A stretch of DNA of 64,000 bases from an uncultured Acidobacteriota bacterium (GTDB lineage Bacteria > Acidobacteriota > Terriglobia > Acidiferrales > UBA7541): contig CAWJDM010000016.1 in the NCBI GenBank assembly GCA_963841605.1, forward strand, positions 2,405 to 66,404, in the 5' to 3' direction. The notes under the pieces are model-generated. The model did no database searches, was not told the DNA's origin, and was given only the letters and a program-made list of their open reading frames with translations. Shown here in pieces: positions 1 to 9,810 of the stretch (its first letter is position 1; every line of letters begins with the position of its first letter). The position numbers and the translations under genes are program-made.

Positions 1-989
1 AGGCCGACGAGCTTGCGCTCCTTCCCATCGATCTTCGCGTTGAAGAGAATGGGCGGCTCATCCGAATCCCAGTCGTGATTTTCGTGCGGGGAGTATTGGA
101 AATACCATTTCAGCTTTCCGGTGTCGGGATCGATCGCGAGAAGCGAGCAGGTGTAAAGATTATCGCCGGGGCGCTCGTCGTCGTTGAAATCCGGAGCGGG
201 ATTTCCGGTGCCCCAGTAAATGAGATTCAGATCCGGATCGTAGGAGCCATTGTTCCAGGTAGTGCCGCCGGCGCTTTCGGGCGCGCCCGGCCCCCAGCTA
301 TCGGCGCCCGGATCACCCGGGCGGGGAGTGGTCCAGAAACGCCAGAGGCGCTTGCCAGTCTTTGCATCGTAGGCATCGAGAAATCCTCGAACCGCGGCCT
401 CGCTTCCCGCAACGCCGACGATGATTTTGCCGTTGAGCGCGAGCGCCGGGCCGGTCATCGCGTAGCCCATCGCGTTGTCGGCGACGTGAACGTTCCAGCG
501 GACGGCGCCGGTTTTATCGTCGAGCGCGATGAGGTGCGAATCGACGGTGCCGATGTAAACGGTGTGGTCGAGGAGGGCGACGCCGCGGCTCGTGGACTGG
601 AGGCCGATCGCGACCACATGCTCCGGCAGCTTCGGCGAATAGCTCCAAAGCTTCAAGCCCGTGCGCACGTCGAGCGCGACGACCGTGCTCGGCGGCTCGA
701 CAATGTACATCACGCCATCGACGACGATCGGCGACGCCTCGATGGTTCCCGGATGGCTGGTCTGATAGATCCACGCGACTTTCAACCGCGAGACATTCTG
801 CTTGTCGATCTGTTTGAGCAGCGAAAATTGCTGCGAGTTGTAGCTGCCGCCATACGTAAGCCAGTTTTGCGGCTCGCTTTGCGAGTGCAGGATGCGTTCG
901 TAGGGCACGTCCTGGGCAAAAGTGGCAGGGGCAAATGCTGCGGCCCCGGCGAGAAGAGACAAAAGAAGCGCGTATTTGGCGAGTCTCAT
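1..989 (-). CDS. PQQ-dependent dehydrogenase (quinoprotein beta-propeller family), N-terminal ~329 codons; 3' end lies beyond window start
   Basis: Absent from the ORF track because it is open at the window edge. My reverse translation from ATG 989..987 gives MRLAKYALLLSLLAGAAAFAPATFAQ (signal peptide). It is followed by repeated propeller W-motifs (VVALDVRTGLKLW, LIALDDKTGAVRW, LDAYDAKTGKRLW, LLAIDPDTGKLKW) typical of PQQ quinoproteins. ATGA start/stop overlap with the upstream cytochrome c gene. Confidence 0.8.
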   Translation of the reverse strand, partial: MRLAKYALLLSLLAGAAAFAPATFAQDVPYERILHSQSEPQNWLTYGGSYNSQQFSLLKQIDKQNVSRLKVAWIYQTSHPGTIEASPIVVDGVMYIVEPPSTVVALDVRTGLKLWSYSPKLPEHVVAIGLQSTSRGVALLDHTVYIGTVDSHLIALDDKTGAVRWNVHVADNAMGYAMTGPALALNGKIIVGVAGSEAAVRGFLDAYDAKTGKRLWRFWTTPRPGDPGADSWGPGAPESAGGTTWNNGSYDPDLNLIYWGTGNPAPDFNDDERPGDNLYTCSLLAIDPDTGKLKWYFQYSPHENHDWDSDEPPILFNAKIDGKERKLVG

Positions 990-1819
990 TTCGCCTCCTT
1001 CAAACTCGCGAGATAGGCGACGAGATCGTTTACCTGCTCGTCGCTGAGCTTGCCCTTAACGCTGGGCATCACGCTCTTGCCCGGCTCCTTGTCCAATTGG
1101 CGCAAATCGGCTTTGCGGAACGAGAGAAAGTTGCCCTTGGCGTCTTTGATGACGATGCGGAACGAGTCTTCAACCACCCGCGTGCCATCGTAGGCTTTGC
1201 CGTCTTTCGTGACGAGATGAATGAACAGATAATCCAGCTGCCCGCCTGATTCGACGAACACGTGCTCCTGCGGCAAATCCGTGCCGGGATAGAGCACGGC
1301 GCTGCGAAGATAGCCGGCGCCGCGGAGGGAGCCGACCGTGGTTAGCTCAGGCCCCGCATCTCCGCCTTGCCCGGCGATCGTGTGGCAGGACGCGCAACCG
1401 CTGGCCTCGTAGACTTCTTTGCCCTTGGCGGGATCGCCGGTGATCGGGGTGGAATCCTTCTGCTGGAGCGTGAGGAGATAATCGACGATCTGCTGGATCT
1501 GCGCGTCGTCGAGTTGGCCGACGAAGGCGGGCATGCCACCACCGCCCATGCCGTTCTTGATGATAGCCTTGACGGGACCGGCGCCGAGACGGAACGGGAC
1601 GCCCTGAATGTTGGGGCCCATCGCGCCGCCCGCGTCGAGGCCGTGGCAGGTGGAGCAGCGCTGCTCGAAGAGCTGCTTGCCGGGCGATTGCTCCTCGGGT
1701 TTTGTGGTTTGCGATTCCTGGCGGGCGCGGGCGGAGGCAGAGATTGCGCTCGTCGCCATCGCCACGACGCAGATGAAAGGAATCGTGGTGGCACGCCACC
1801 ACGAGCGAATGGAAGTCAT
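986..1819 (-). CDS. Dihaem c-type cytochrome, probable redox partner of the downstream quinoprotein
   Basis: ORF 986..1885 trimmed to Met23 (MTSIRSWWRATTIPFICVVAMATSAISASA, signal-like). Two CxxCH motifs (CSTCH, CASCH). The stop overlaps the quinoprotein ATG (tcat at 986-989). Confidence 0.8.
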   Translation of the reverse strand: MTSIRSWWRATTIPFICVVAMATSAISASARARQESQTTKPEEQSPGKQLFEQRCSTCHGLDAGGAMGPNIQGVPFRLGAGPVKAIIKNGMGGGGMPAFVGQLDDAQIQQIVDYLLTLQQKDSTPITGDPAKGKEVYEASGCASCHTIAGQGGDAGPELTTVGSLRGAGYLRSAVLYPGTDLPQEHVFVESGGQLDYLFIHLVTKDGKAYDGTRVVEDSFRIVIKDAKGNFLSFRKADLRQLDKEPGKSVMPSVKGKLSDEQVNDLVAYLASLKEAK

Positions 1820-1912
1820 ATGAATCCCCCCGTCTTCCGAGCCGATGTAGGGCAATAACATCGTTCGAAGGGCGCCGTCAAGCATGGGTCTGGCAGGCCA
1901 TCAGTGTCACGG

Positions 1913-2125
1913 TCAGGGGCCCAGCCGAAATGCAAGAACAATGATTGCGGCCCCAACAATCAGAGCAAAAGGGGCAAACATTAGAAAGCCCGGAACGCTC
2001 TCGTAATATAGCGATCCCCGAATCAACGCGATGGCCCCCGATGCGACTATCGTTAGCCCGAACACTCCCATTGTGACTTGCTGCCACCGCTTCGCATCCC
2101 TCCTCGGATTGTCACGTCGCTGCAT
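1913..2125 (-). CDS. Small hypothetical membrane protein (two predicted TM helices)
   Basis: 70-aa ORF with a basic N-terminus and two hydrophobic stretches (VTMGVFGLTIVASGAIALI; FLMFAPFALIVGAAIIVLAF). No recognisable family. Confidence 0.4.
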   Translation of the reverse strand: MQRRDNPRRDAKRWQQVTMGVFGLTIVASGAIALIRGSLYYESVPGFLMFAPFALIVGAAIIVLAFRLGP

Positions 2126-2243
2126 TCCGTGTCAGACGATAACATCAAGTCGTGTGCCCGTGGCACTGTGCTTCGTTGATCGCGACGCTGTTTTCTGTCG
2201 CGACCTTTGCTAAGGTGTAGCGGTTGCGGCATGGGAGGGCACG

Positions 2244-2975
2244 ATGGCGGGGAAATCGCTCGAAGGGCAGGTGGCGCTGATTACGGGCGCGGCGAAGCGC
2301 ATGGGGCGCAGCATCGCGCTGCGGCTGGCGGCGGAGGGCGCCGCGATCATCATCAACTACGCTACGTCGAAGGGCGACGCGGAGGCGCTGGTGCGCGAGA
2401 TCAGCGCGAGCGGGCCGCGGGCGGCGGCGATGCAGGCGGATGTGTCGAAGCGCGCGGATGTGGAGCGGATGTTCGCGGCGGTCGACAAGGAATTCGGGCG
2501 GCTCGACATTTTGGTGAATAATGCGGGCGCTTTCTTCGAAGCGAAATTCGAAGAGCTTACCGACGAGCAGTGGGACGGCATCCTCGACATCAACCTGAAA
2601 TCGCAGTTTCTCTGCGCGCAGGCGGCGGCTCCGATCATGAAGCGGCAGGGCCGCGGGCGGATCATCAATATTTCTTCGCTGGGCGGGCTGCTGCCGTGGC
2701 CGAGCTTCACTCACTACTGCGTGTCGAAGGCGGGCTCGATCATGCTGACGCGCTGCTTGGCGCGAGCTCTCGCGCCGGAAATTCTGGTGAACAGCGTGGC
2801 GCCCGGTACGATCCAGTTTCCGGGCGAGCCGCCCGACGAGGATTACATCCGGCGCGTCCCGGTGCACCGGACGGGCACGGGCGACGACATCGCGGGCGCG
2901 GTGGCGTACCTGGTGAGCGCCGATTTCGTTACGGGGCAGGTGCTGGCGGTCGACGGCGGGCGCTTGCTCGTATGA
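2244..2975 (+). CDS. Short-chain dehydrogenase/reductase (SDR, FabG-like)
   Basis: TGxxxxxG cofactor motif (LITGAAKRMG), NNAG, and catalytic S...YxxxK (SSLGG...YCVSKAG). GGGAGGG RBS upstream of ATG 2244. Confidence 0.9.
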   Translation: MAGKSLEGQVALITGAAKRMGRSIALRLAAEGAAIIINYATSKGDAEALVREISASGPRAAAMQADVSKRADVERMFAAVDKEFGRLDILVNNAGAFFEAKFEELTDEQWDGILDINLKSQFLCAQAAAPIMKRQGRGRIINISSLGGLLPWPSFTHYCVSKAGSIMLTRCLARALAPEILVNSVAPGTIQFPGEPPDEDYIRRVPVHRTGTGDDIAGAVAYLVSADFVTGQVLAVDGGRLLV

Positions 2976-3000
2976 TTCGTCCGCTTTAAGAGACTCAATT

Positions 3001-4005
3001 TTATTCCGCCGATCCTGCCACGTAGTAGCCCGGCCGGGTGCGAACCGATACATCCGATCGCGAAATCGCCACCCTGATCGAGTGAAAGCCCGGCGCGCGT
3101 TCCCCATTTGGCTTGTAGCTGATGATGTACTGCGCGTGAAGCTCGCCGCCGATATCGTCGAGGGCTTCCCGCAGCGTCTCGGAGCGGACCGCGCCGTAGT
3201 GGACGCCTCCCGTGGCGGCCGCGGCGACTTCGAGATCATGCTTCTTCGACCGATTCCTTCCTTGCTGGAGGAGGAAAATTGCGGGAGCCGCCCAGAGCGA
3301 GGGCGCGTCCTGCAGGAGATCTCGCGTCATGCTGCTTGGTCCGATCGCGTAGATGGAAATGTTGGCGTGCTCAGCGTCGCGGACCACCGCGGCGAAGTTC
3401 GCCGTGCTGCCATTGTCGCGGGATTCGCCAACAACGAGCATGATGCGCCGCCGCATCGGGGCTTCATCCGTTAGCATCTCGACGGCCTTCGCCATCGCAT
3501 CGTAGAGGTGCATTCCCGGATCGTCAAACTCGGTGTTCGTAATGGCGCTTTCGACCGCGTCATGATCCATCGTGAATGTCTGGCGCACGTCGACCGTCGA
3601 ATCGTAGGTGATCACGGCCGCTTCGCCGTGGAGAGCCATCACCGTTTCGGTGAAAATGCTTCCCAGGCTGTGAATCGCGGGAATCATCGATTGCGCGCGA
3701 TCGGTGGTCTGAAGGACGAGGACAACGGCAAGCGGATCGCCGCCGAGATCCCAATGATCGATCTTCTGCGGCACGCCATCGTCGAATACGTGAAAATCCT
3801 GCGGCAGGAGATCGAGGTCGAATTCGCCGCTCTGGTCCGTTACGGTGACGGGAACAACCACTTCATTCGTGACGACGCGGAGGCGATGCTTAGAAGCCGG
3901 CGGCTCGACCTGCGGCGCTTGGGCCTGCGCCAAGCTGGCCCCGCCAGCTGTGCCAAGCGACAATGCGAGAGCACATCGGAGCACGAATTTTCGGCGAAAG
4001 CTCAT
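3001..4005 (-). CDS. Secreted VWA-domain protein (VWFA-related acidobacterial-type)
   Basis: ORF 3001..4248 trimmed to Met82 (MSFRRKFVLRCALALSLGTAGGASLAQA signal). N-terminal RLRVVTNEVVVPVTVTDQSGEF...DFHVFDDGVPQKI followed by a VWA-like alpha/beta region. Confidence 0.75.
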   Translation of the reverse strand: MSFRRKFVLRCALALSLGTAGGASLAQAQAPQVEPPASKHRLRVVTNEVVVPVTVTDQSGEFDLDLLPQDFHVFDDGVPQKIDHWDLGGDPLAVVLVLQTTDRAQSMIPAIHSLGSIFTETVMALHGEAAVITYDSTVDVRQTFTMDHDAVESAITNTEFDDPGMHLYDAMAKAVEMLTDEAPMRRRIMLVVGESRDNGSTANFAAVVRDAEHANISIYAIGPSSMTRDLLQDAPSLWAAPAIFLLQQGRNRSKKHDLEVAAAATGGVHYGAVRSETLREALDDIGGELHAQYIISYKPNGERAPGFHSIRVAISRSDVSVRTRPGYYVAGSAE

Positions 4006-4184
4006 CACATGGCGGCTGGGTATGCGATTTCTCTGGCGCGCGAAAGGTTGCAAGCAATCGATCGAGTCGACTCGCGCTTTGGAAAAGTTTTTTCTCCGCA
4101 AAAATACCTTTTCAAAAGCGCCGTTCTCGAATAATCTAGCGTGTTTGGGCGACGCGTCGTGGTCGCCATGGGGGACTATACTAG

Positions 4185-4943
4185 GTGGCGGAAATATCTG
4201 CGGCAAAGCCCGCGAGCGGTTTCGGAAGTACGCTTCGTCGTGATGCATGGTGGGTGGAAAACCTGCCTTTTATCATCGTCCTGAGCGCCTTTGGCATTTA
4301 CACCACGTGGCGCGCGTTCGAAGGAACATATTATTGGGCCGCGCCGTACCTTTCGCCCTTCTATTCGCCGCTGATTGATCCGCAGCACCACTGGTGGCCG
4401 TTTTCTCCGGCGATCCTGATTCTTGGCGGGCCGCTCGGCTTTCGCCTGACGTGCTACTACTACCGCAAAGCGTATTACCGCGGCTTCTTCCTCGATCCGC
4501 CGGCATGCGCGGTGGGCGAGGGCGGCCATCGCAAGTATAAGGGCGAGACGGCGTTTCCATTCATCCTGCAGAACCTGCACCGGTATTTCTTTTACATCGC
4601 TGTGATTTTCGTGGCGTTCCTCTGGTACGACGCGATCGTGGCCTTTGATTTCGGAGGCAAGTTCGGCATCGGCGTCGGCACGCTGGTGATGCTGGTGAAT
4701 ATTGTCCTGCTGACGATTTACACCTTCTCGTGCCACTCGCTGCGCAGCCTGGTGGGCGGCAAGCTCGATTGCTTTTCGTGCGCCACGCTCGGCGTGCCGC
4801 GGCATTCGGCGTGGAAGGGCGTGACGAAACTCAACGAACACCACATGTTCTGGGCGTGGGTGAGCATGATTTCGGTCGGGCTCACCGACTATTACATCTA
4901 CTTGGTTGCTTCCGGCGCGATCAAGGATATTCGACTCCTGTGA
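4185..4943 (+). CDS. Succinate dehydrogenase/fumarate reductase membrane anchor (single large cytochrome-b-type subunit)
   Basis: Polytopic hydrophobic 252-aa protein with a GTG start. Its TGA (4941-4943) overlaps the GTG start of sdhA (4940). C-A-B gene order. Family assignment rests mostly on context. Confidence 0.6.
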   Translation: MAEISAAKPASGFGSTLRRDAWWVENLPFIIVLSAFGIYTTWRAFEGTYYWAAPYLSPFYSPLIDPQHHWWPFSPAILILGGPLGFRLTCYYYRKAYYRGFFLDPPACAVGEGGHRKYKGETAFPFILQNLHRYFFYIAVIFVAFLWYDAIVAFDFGGKFGIGVGTLVMLVNIVLLTIYTFSCHSLRSLVGGKLDCFSCATLGVPRHSAWKGVTKLNEHHMFWAWVSMISVGLTDYYIYLVASGAIKDIRLL

Positions 4944-6658
4944 CTCCCGCATACGAGACTCACGAACACGATGTGCTGATTATCGGCGCCGGCGGCGCGG
5001 GGCTGCGGGCCGCGATCGAGGCGCTTGCGCAGGGAGCGAGCGTCGGCGTCGTGTGCAAATCGCTGCTGGGCAAGGCGCACACGGTGATGGCCGAAGGCGG
5101 TTTGGCGGCGGCATTGGCGAATCTCGACAAGGAGGATGGCTGGCAGCCGCATTTCCGCGACACGATGCGCGGCGGTAAGCTGCTGAACAACTGGCGCATG
5201 GCGCAGCTCCACGCGCAGGAGGCGCCGGATCGCGCGCGGGAGCTCGAGCAGTGGGGCGCGCTCTTCGACCGCACGGCGGACGGTCAAATTTTGCAGCGCG
5301 CCTTCGGCGGGCACACGTATAGGCGGCTCTGCCACGTGGGCGACCGCACCGGCCTTGAAATGATCCGCACGCTGCAGGACCGCGGTGTACAGCTCGGCTT
5401 CGACGTGTACATGGAGTGCACGATCACGAAGCTCTTGATGGATGGCGACCGCGTGGTGGGCGCGTTCGGCTACTGGCGCGAGAACGGGAACCTCGTCGTA
5501 TTCAAAGCGAAGTCGATCGTGATCGCGACGGGCGGCATCGGAAAATCCTGGAAGATCACGTCAAACTCGTGGGAGTGCACCGGCGATGGAATGGCGCTGG
5601 CGTACGAGGCGGGCGCCGAGCTGCTCGACATGGAATTCGTCCAATTTCATCCGACCGGGATGGTGTGGCCACCGGGCGTGAAGGGACTGCTGGTGACCGA
5701 GGCCGTGCGCGGCGAGGGCGGCATCCTGCGCAACAAAAACGGCGAGCGCTTCATGGAGAAGTACGACCCGAAGCGCATGGAGCTTTCGACGCGCGATATC
5801 GTGGCGCGGTCGATCTACACCGAAGTGCGCGAGGGCCGCGGCAGCCCGCACGGCGGCGCGTTCCTCGACATTTCGCACAAGCCGGCCGAATACGTGAAGC
5901 GGAAGCTGCCCAGCATGTACCACCAGTTCAAGGAACTGGCGGACGTGGACATCACGAAGGGGCCCATGGAAGTCGGGCCGACCTGCCACTACATGATGGG
6001 CGGAATTCGCGTGGAGGCGGAGACGGGGCAATCGTCGGTTCCGGGACTATTTGCCGCGGGCGAGGCGGCCGGCGGATTGCACGGCGCGAATCGCCTGGGC
6101 GGGAACTCGCTCTCGGATTTGGTGGTGTTTGGCAGGCGCGCGGGATTGGCTGCGGCGCAAGACGCCAAGAAAGTCGGGGCGGCGAGACTCGATAGCGGGC
6201 AAATCGAGCAGGCCGAGCGGCAAATTTTGGCGCCATTCCAGCGCACGGGCGGCGAGAATCCGTACAAGATTCATGAGGATCTGCAGGAAGTGATGCAGAC
6301 GCTCGTCGGAATCTTCCGCACGGATGAGGATCTTCGCAAGGCGCTGGTCGAGATCGAGAAGCTGAAGGCGCGCGCGGCCAATGTTCGCGTAGAAGGCTCG
6401 CGCACCTACAATCCGGGCTGGCATCTCTCGATCGATCTGCAATGCATGCTGACGGTTTCCACGGCTTGCACGCACGCCGCACTCGCGCGCAAGGAAAGCC
6501 GCGGCGCGCACAGCCGGCTGGATTATCCTAAGACCGAGGATGCGTGGGGCACGAAGAATCACGTGATCGTGAAGAAGGACGGCGCGATGAATATTTTCGA
6601 GGTGCCGCGCCCGCCGATGCCCGAAGCGCTGCAGAAAATTCTGGCGGAAGACAAGTAG
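4940..6658 (+). CDS. sdhA: Succinate dehydrogenase/fumarate reductase flavoprotein subunit
   Basis: ORF 4730..6658 trimmed to in-frame GTG at 4940 (VTPAYETHEHDVLIIGAGGAGLRAA, FAD fold). FVQFHPTG covalent-FAD His motif, RGEGG, C-terminal ESRGAHSR motif. Confidence 0.9.
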   Translation: MTPAYETHEHDVLIIGAGGAGLRAAIEALAQGASVGVVCKSLLGKAHTVMAEGGLAAALANLDKEDGWQPHFRDTMRGGKLLNNWRMAQLHAQEAPDRARELEQWGALFDRTADGQILQRAFGGHTYRRLCHVGDRTGLEMIRTLQDRGVQLGFDVYMECTITKLLMDGDRVVGAFGYWRENGNLVVFKAKSIVIATGGIGKSWKITSNSWECTGDGMALAYEAGAELLDMEFVQFHPTGMVWPPGVKGLLVTEAVRGEGGILRNKNGERFMEKYDPKRMELSTRDIVARSIYTEVREGRGSPHGGAFLDISHKPAEYVKRKLPSMYHQFKELADVDITKGPMEVGPTCHYMMGGIRVEAETGQSSVPGLFAAGEAAGGLHGANRLGGNSLSDLVVFGRRAGLAAAQDAKKVGAARLDSGQIEQAERQILAPFQRTGGENPYKIHEDLQEVMQTLVGIFRTDEDLRKALVEIEKLKARAANVRVEGSRTYNPGWHLSIDLQCMLTVSTACTHAALARKESRGAHSRLDYPKTEDAWGTKNHVIVKKDGAMNIFEVPRPPMPEALQKILAEDK

Positions 6659-6682
6659 AGGTCAAGTGGTGGAGGCAAGGGA

Positions 6683-7417
6683 ATGGCGGAAGTAACCGTC
6701 CGGGTATTTCGAGGCGACAGCGAAACGGGGAAGCCCGTCGACTACCAGGTGCCGGTGACCGAGGGCATGGTGGTGCTCGACGCGATTCACTGGATTCAGG
6801 CGAACCAGGCGCCGGATCTGGCGGTGCGCTGGAACTGCAAGGCCGCCAAGTGCGGATCGTGCTCGGCGGAGGTGAACGGCAAGCCGCGGCTGATGTGCAA
6901 AACGCGCATGGATGCGCTGCCGCTCGACCAGCCGGTCGTCGTGTATCCGATGAAATCGTTTCCGCTGGTGAAGGATCTCGTCACGGACGTTTCGTGGAAT
7001 TACAAGGTGAACAAGAAAATTCCCGCATTCGAGCCGCGCCCGGGCGTCGAATGGAAGATGTACCAGCGCGACGTGGATCGCGTGCAGGAATTCCGCAAGT
7101 GCATCGAATGCTTCCTGTGCCAGAACGTGTGCCACGTGCTGCGCGAGCACGATAAGAAGGAACAGTTTGGCGGGCCGCGCTTTTTCGTCCGCACGGCGGG
7201 GCTCGAGATGCATCCGCTCGATGGCGTGAATCGCATGGGCCTGCTGAAAGACGAGATGGGCCTCGGCTTGTGCAACATCACGAAGTGCTGCACCGAAGTC
7301 TGCCCCGAAGAAATTCACATCACCGACAACGCAATCATTCCACTCAAGGAACGCGTGGTGGATCAGTTCTACGATCCGCTGACGATGCTCTTCCGCAAGA
7401 TCACCGGTGCGAAGTAG
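6683..7417 (+). CDS. sdhB: Succinate dehydrogenase/fumarate reductase iron-sulfur subunit
   Basis: 2Fe-2S pattern (CKAAKCGSCSAEVNGKPRLMC), 4Fe-4S/3Fe-4S patterns (CIECFLCQNVC; CNITKCCTEVCP). GGAGG RBS. Confidence 0.9.
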   Translation: MAEVTVRVFRGDSETGKPVDYQVPVTEGMVVLDAIHWIQANQAPDLAVRWNCKAAKCGSCSAEVNGKPRLMCKTRMDALPLDQPVVVYPMKSFPLVKDLVTDVSWNYKVNKKIPAFEPRPGVEWKMYQRDVDRVQEFRKCIECFLCQNVCHVLREHDKKEQFGGPRFFVRTAGLEMHPLDGVNRMGLLKDEMGLGLCNITKCCTEVCPEEIHITDNAIIPLKERVVDQFYDPLTMLFRKITGAK

Positions 7418-7443
7418 TCGGCAGTTCCCTGAGGGGTGTCAAT

Positions 7444-8475
7444 CTAAGCCTTTGGCCGCGAATGCGGTCCTGAACCCCGCCGGTATCGCCCGCCTTTGAA
7501 GACATACCGAAGCTTCTTGCCAGACTCATCCGTTGTGACCAATTCCTTCGGTCCGCTTACAGTGCCCACGACCTCAGTGTCTGTATCCGTCATGATCGGA
7601 CATCCTGTGGCAAAGACGCCGTAATCAGGAAAGGCTTCGCAGGTTGAAGCGCCCGGCGAATCCTGCCTGGAGATCTCGCGGCCGCCCAGATCGAAAGCGT
7701 AAAACGCGGTGTGTTTACCAGCCCCAACATCGGAGGTCAGAAGGATCTGCAGATTTCCATTGCGCAGCAAGTCCGCAAAGCCAAATTGGAACAGTACTGT
7801 ATTCACGAGGGGTGATTCCCATTGATACTGGAAACGGCCGTCTTTTGAATCGCCGTACACAAGCCTGCCGGGGTTGATGAGATCTTCGTGATCTGGATCG
7901 CTATTGCCGAGCAAAGCGACGACGGATTCCTGCTGAGAGCCAACATGCAGTTTCTCGACCCAAACTAGAATATTGAATGCGAGTCGTCCCCTTCTCCCTT
8001 CGGAGGCTTGCAATGGACAAGCCAGCGGAGTCAGATGCGAGTGCTTCAGGACCGCGTCGGCCACTTCGCGCAGCTCCGCGTCGGTGGGGGTACGACCTCC
8101 TGGAAGAACACGTGCCAAAACACGAATGTCTATCTCAGGGGTCTTCCACTGATAACGGAGAGCGCCACTCTGTTGATCGAATCCCCACGCGTCCGCGAGC
8201 AAGACCGCGTTCGAAAGACGGAAAGCAATTACATGCTGTCGTTTGAGTGCTTCGTCTATCTGATCGGGCGGAAGATCGCAGACGGACGGATTCACTGGGG
8301 CAACTGCATTGTTATCCCAGAATACTGGTTCACGCCACAGGGCGCGTAAGCAATTTTGAATCTGCTCATGCGCAGTTGCTGGCAGGAATGGAGCATGTCC
8401 CTGTTGCGCCAATCCAAGAGACGGAACCGAAGAAAGGCAAACGAACAAAACGAGTGTGCGGATCGAAGGAATCAT
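7444..8475 (-). CDS. Hypothetical secreted protein (orphan), cargo of a small insertion
   Basis: ORF 7444..8523 trimmed to Met17 (MIPSIRTLVLFVCLSSVPSLGLAQQ signal). No recognisable domain. By eye this stretch is more AT-rich than its flanks. Confidence 0.55.
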   Translation of the reverse strand: MIPSIRTLVLFVCLSSVPSLGLAQQGHAPFLPATAHEQIQNCLRALWREPVFWDNNAVAPVNPSVCDLPPDQIDEALKRQHVIAFRLSNAVLLADAWGFDQQSGALRYQWKTPEIDIRVLARVLPGGRTPTDAELREVADAVLKHSHLTPLACPLQASEGRRGRLAFNILVWVEKLHVGSQQESVVALLGNSDPDHEDLINPGRLVYGDSKDGRFQYQWESPLVNTVLFQFGFADLLRNGNLQILLTSDVGAGKHTAFYAFDLGGREISRQDSPGASTCEAFPDYGVFATGCPIMTDTDTEVVGTVSGPKELVTTDESGKKLRYVFKGGRYRRGSGPHSRPKA

Positions 8476-8600
8476 AGACACTGTCTTTTGAGCGCACTCC
8501 TGACGAGACCAGTCCTTCGGCATTCTCCCATGCTGCGGTGAGCGTCTTCGACCGCAAGGGGGTAATGTGTGTCGATTACGCCATCGCGTTTTGAATGTGA

Positions 8601-8695
8601 AACCGACAACGGCATCATCCCGCTCAAGGAGCGTGGTGGATCAATTCTACGATCCGCTCACGATGCTCTTCCGCAAGATCAGCGGCGCAAAATAG
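8601..8695 (+). pseudogene. Relic copy of the sdhB 3' end (last ~31 codons), frame-disrupted
   Basis: aaccgacaacggcatcatcccgctcaaggagcgtggtggatcaattctacgatccgctcacgatgctcttccgcaagatcagcggcgcaaaatag aligns to sdhB 7321..7417. There is a 2-nt deletion (ggaacgcgtggtgg vs ggagcgtggtgg) plus mostly synonymous substitutions. It translates to TDNGIIPLKE / VDQFYDPLTMLFRKISGAK*, versus sdhB TDNAIIPLKERVVDQFYDPLTMLFRKITGAK*. Confidence 0.8.
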
Positions 8696-8739
8696 ATCTT
8701 CGAACCGAAAATAACAAAACCGGTTTCATGCGATTGCTG

Positions 8740-9810
8740 CTAATGCGTTGGCGCGAGGATCAATTTTTGGACGCGCCAGTTCAGTAGCTCCGCTACGTAC
8801 AGTTCGTTTTCGGACGGGCAGGCGATTTCGTGGATCCAGCCGAACTGCTTGAGCTGCTTGCCCGATTCGCCCAGCATGCCGAGGACTTTTCCGTCGAGAC
8901 TCAGCTTGTAGATTCGTCCCGGATACGCATCCGCGCTGTAGAGGAACTGATGCGGTCCGGGCGTGATGCAGATGGCCCAGGGTGCGCCGGGCGCCATGGT
9001 GCCCGTGGCGGCGGTGGGCCTGGGGCCGATCGCGGGGCGCGCGTTGGGCGGCGCGGGAACGTCGATCGTGATTTGGCGCAGGAAATTTCCGTCGCCGTCG
9101 AAGACTTGTATGCGGCGGTTGCCGCGGTCGGCTACGTAGACGTTGCCCTGCGCGTCGACCGCGATACTGTGCGGCGTGTTGAATTGCCCGGGGCCAGTGC
9201 CGGGCTCGCCCCAGGATTTGATCCAGTCGCCGTTTTTGTCGACCTTCGCGACGCGCGAGTTGATGTAGCCGTCGCTGATGTAGGTGTTGCCCTCGGCGTC
9301 CCAGGCCACGTCGGTGACCTGGCGGAACATTCCATCGACGGGCGGCAAGGGCGGATGCGCGTGCCTTAACGGACCCGTGCCCTCATCCGATGCTTCCTGC
9401 TTGCGGCCGAAAACCATCACGACCCGGCCGGCAGGATTGAACTTGATCACCATGTCCGAGCCTTTGTCTGTGGCCCAGATATTACCTTGAGGATCGACCT
9501 TCACCGTGTGCGCGAAGGACCAGGCGTAGAGATTGTGGCCGATCTCGTGGACGAAATTGCCGTGCGCGTCAAACTCGAGAAGCTGCGCGGCGGCCGCGCC
9601 GTAGGCCGGACCCGTCGTATTGCCGCGCGAAAAGACGAACACGTGTCCGGCGGAATTCACCGCCACGCCTGAGACCTCACCGAAATAGAGGTCAGGCGGC
9701 AGCTTCAGGAAATCAGGAACCGAGCGGTAGGAAATTTCCGGCACAGGCGCCTGCTGCGCGAGCGCCGCGCTTGCGAGCAAAAAGAAAAAGCAGAACGATA
9801 TGCGTTTCAT
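8740..9810 (-). CDS. Secreted NHL-repeat six-bladed beta-propeller protein (peptidylglycine-amidating-lyase-like fold)
   Basis: ORF 8740..10488 trimmed to Met227 (MKRISFCFFFLLASAALAQQ signal). Repeated NHL-type blades (GVAVNSAGHVFVF, VKVDPQGNIWATD, VAWDAEGNTYISD, IAVDAQGNVYVADRGNRRIQVFD). The upstream part of the long ORF is antisense to the IS transposase and is spurious. Confidence 0.85.
   Translation of the reverse strand: MKRISFCFFFLLASAALAQQAPVPEISYRSVPDFLKLPPDLYFGEVSGVAVNSAGHVFVFSRGNTTGPAYGAAAAQLLEFDAHGNFVHEIGHNLYAWSFAHTVKVDPQGNIWATDKGSDMVIKFNPAGRVVMVFGRKQEASDEGTGPLRHAHPPLPPVDGMFRQVTDVAWDAEGNTYISDGYINSRVAKVDKNGDWIKSWGEPGTGPGQFNTPHSIAVDAQGNVYVADRGNRRIQVFDGDGNFLRQITIDVPAPPNARPAIGPRPTAATGTMAPGAPWAICITPGPHQFLYSADAYPGRIYKLSLDGKVLGMLGESGKQLKQFGWIHEIACPSENELYVAELLNWRVQKLILAPTH

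Noticed and set aside
8569-8787. A 72-aa ORF downstream of the orphan secreted gene.
   Set aside because: Its central part is simply the frame-shifted relic of the sdhB 3' end, not an independent gene.
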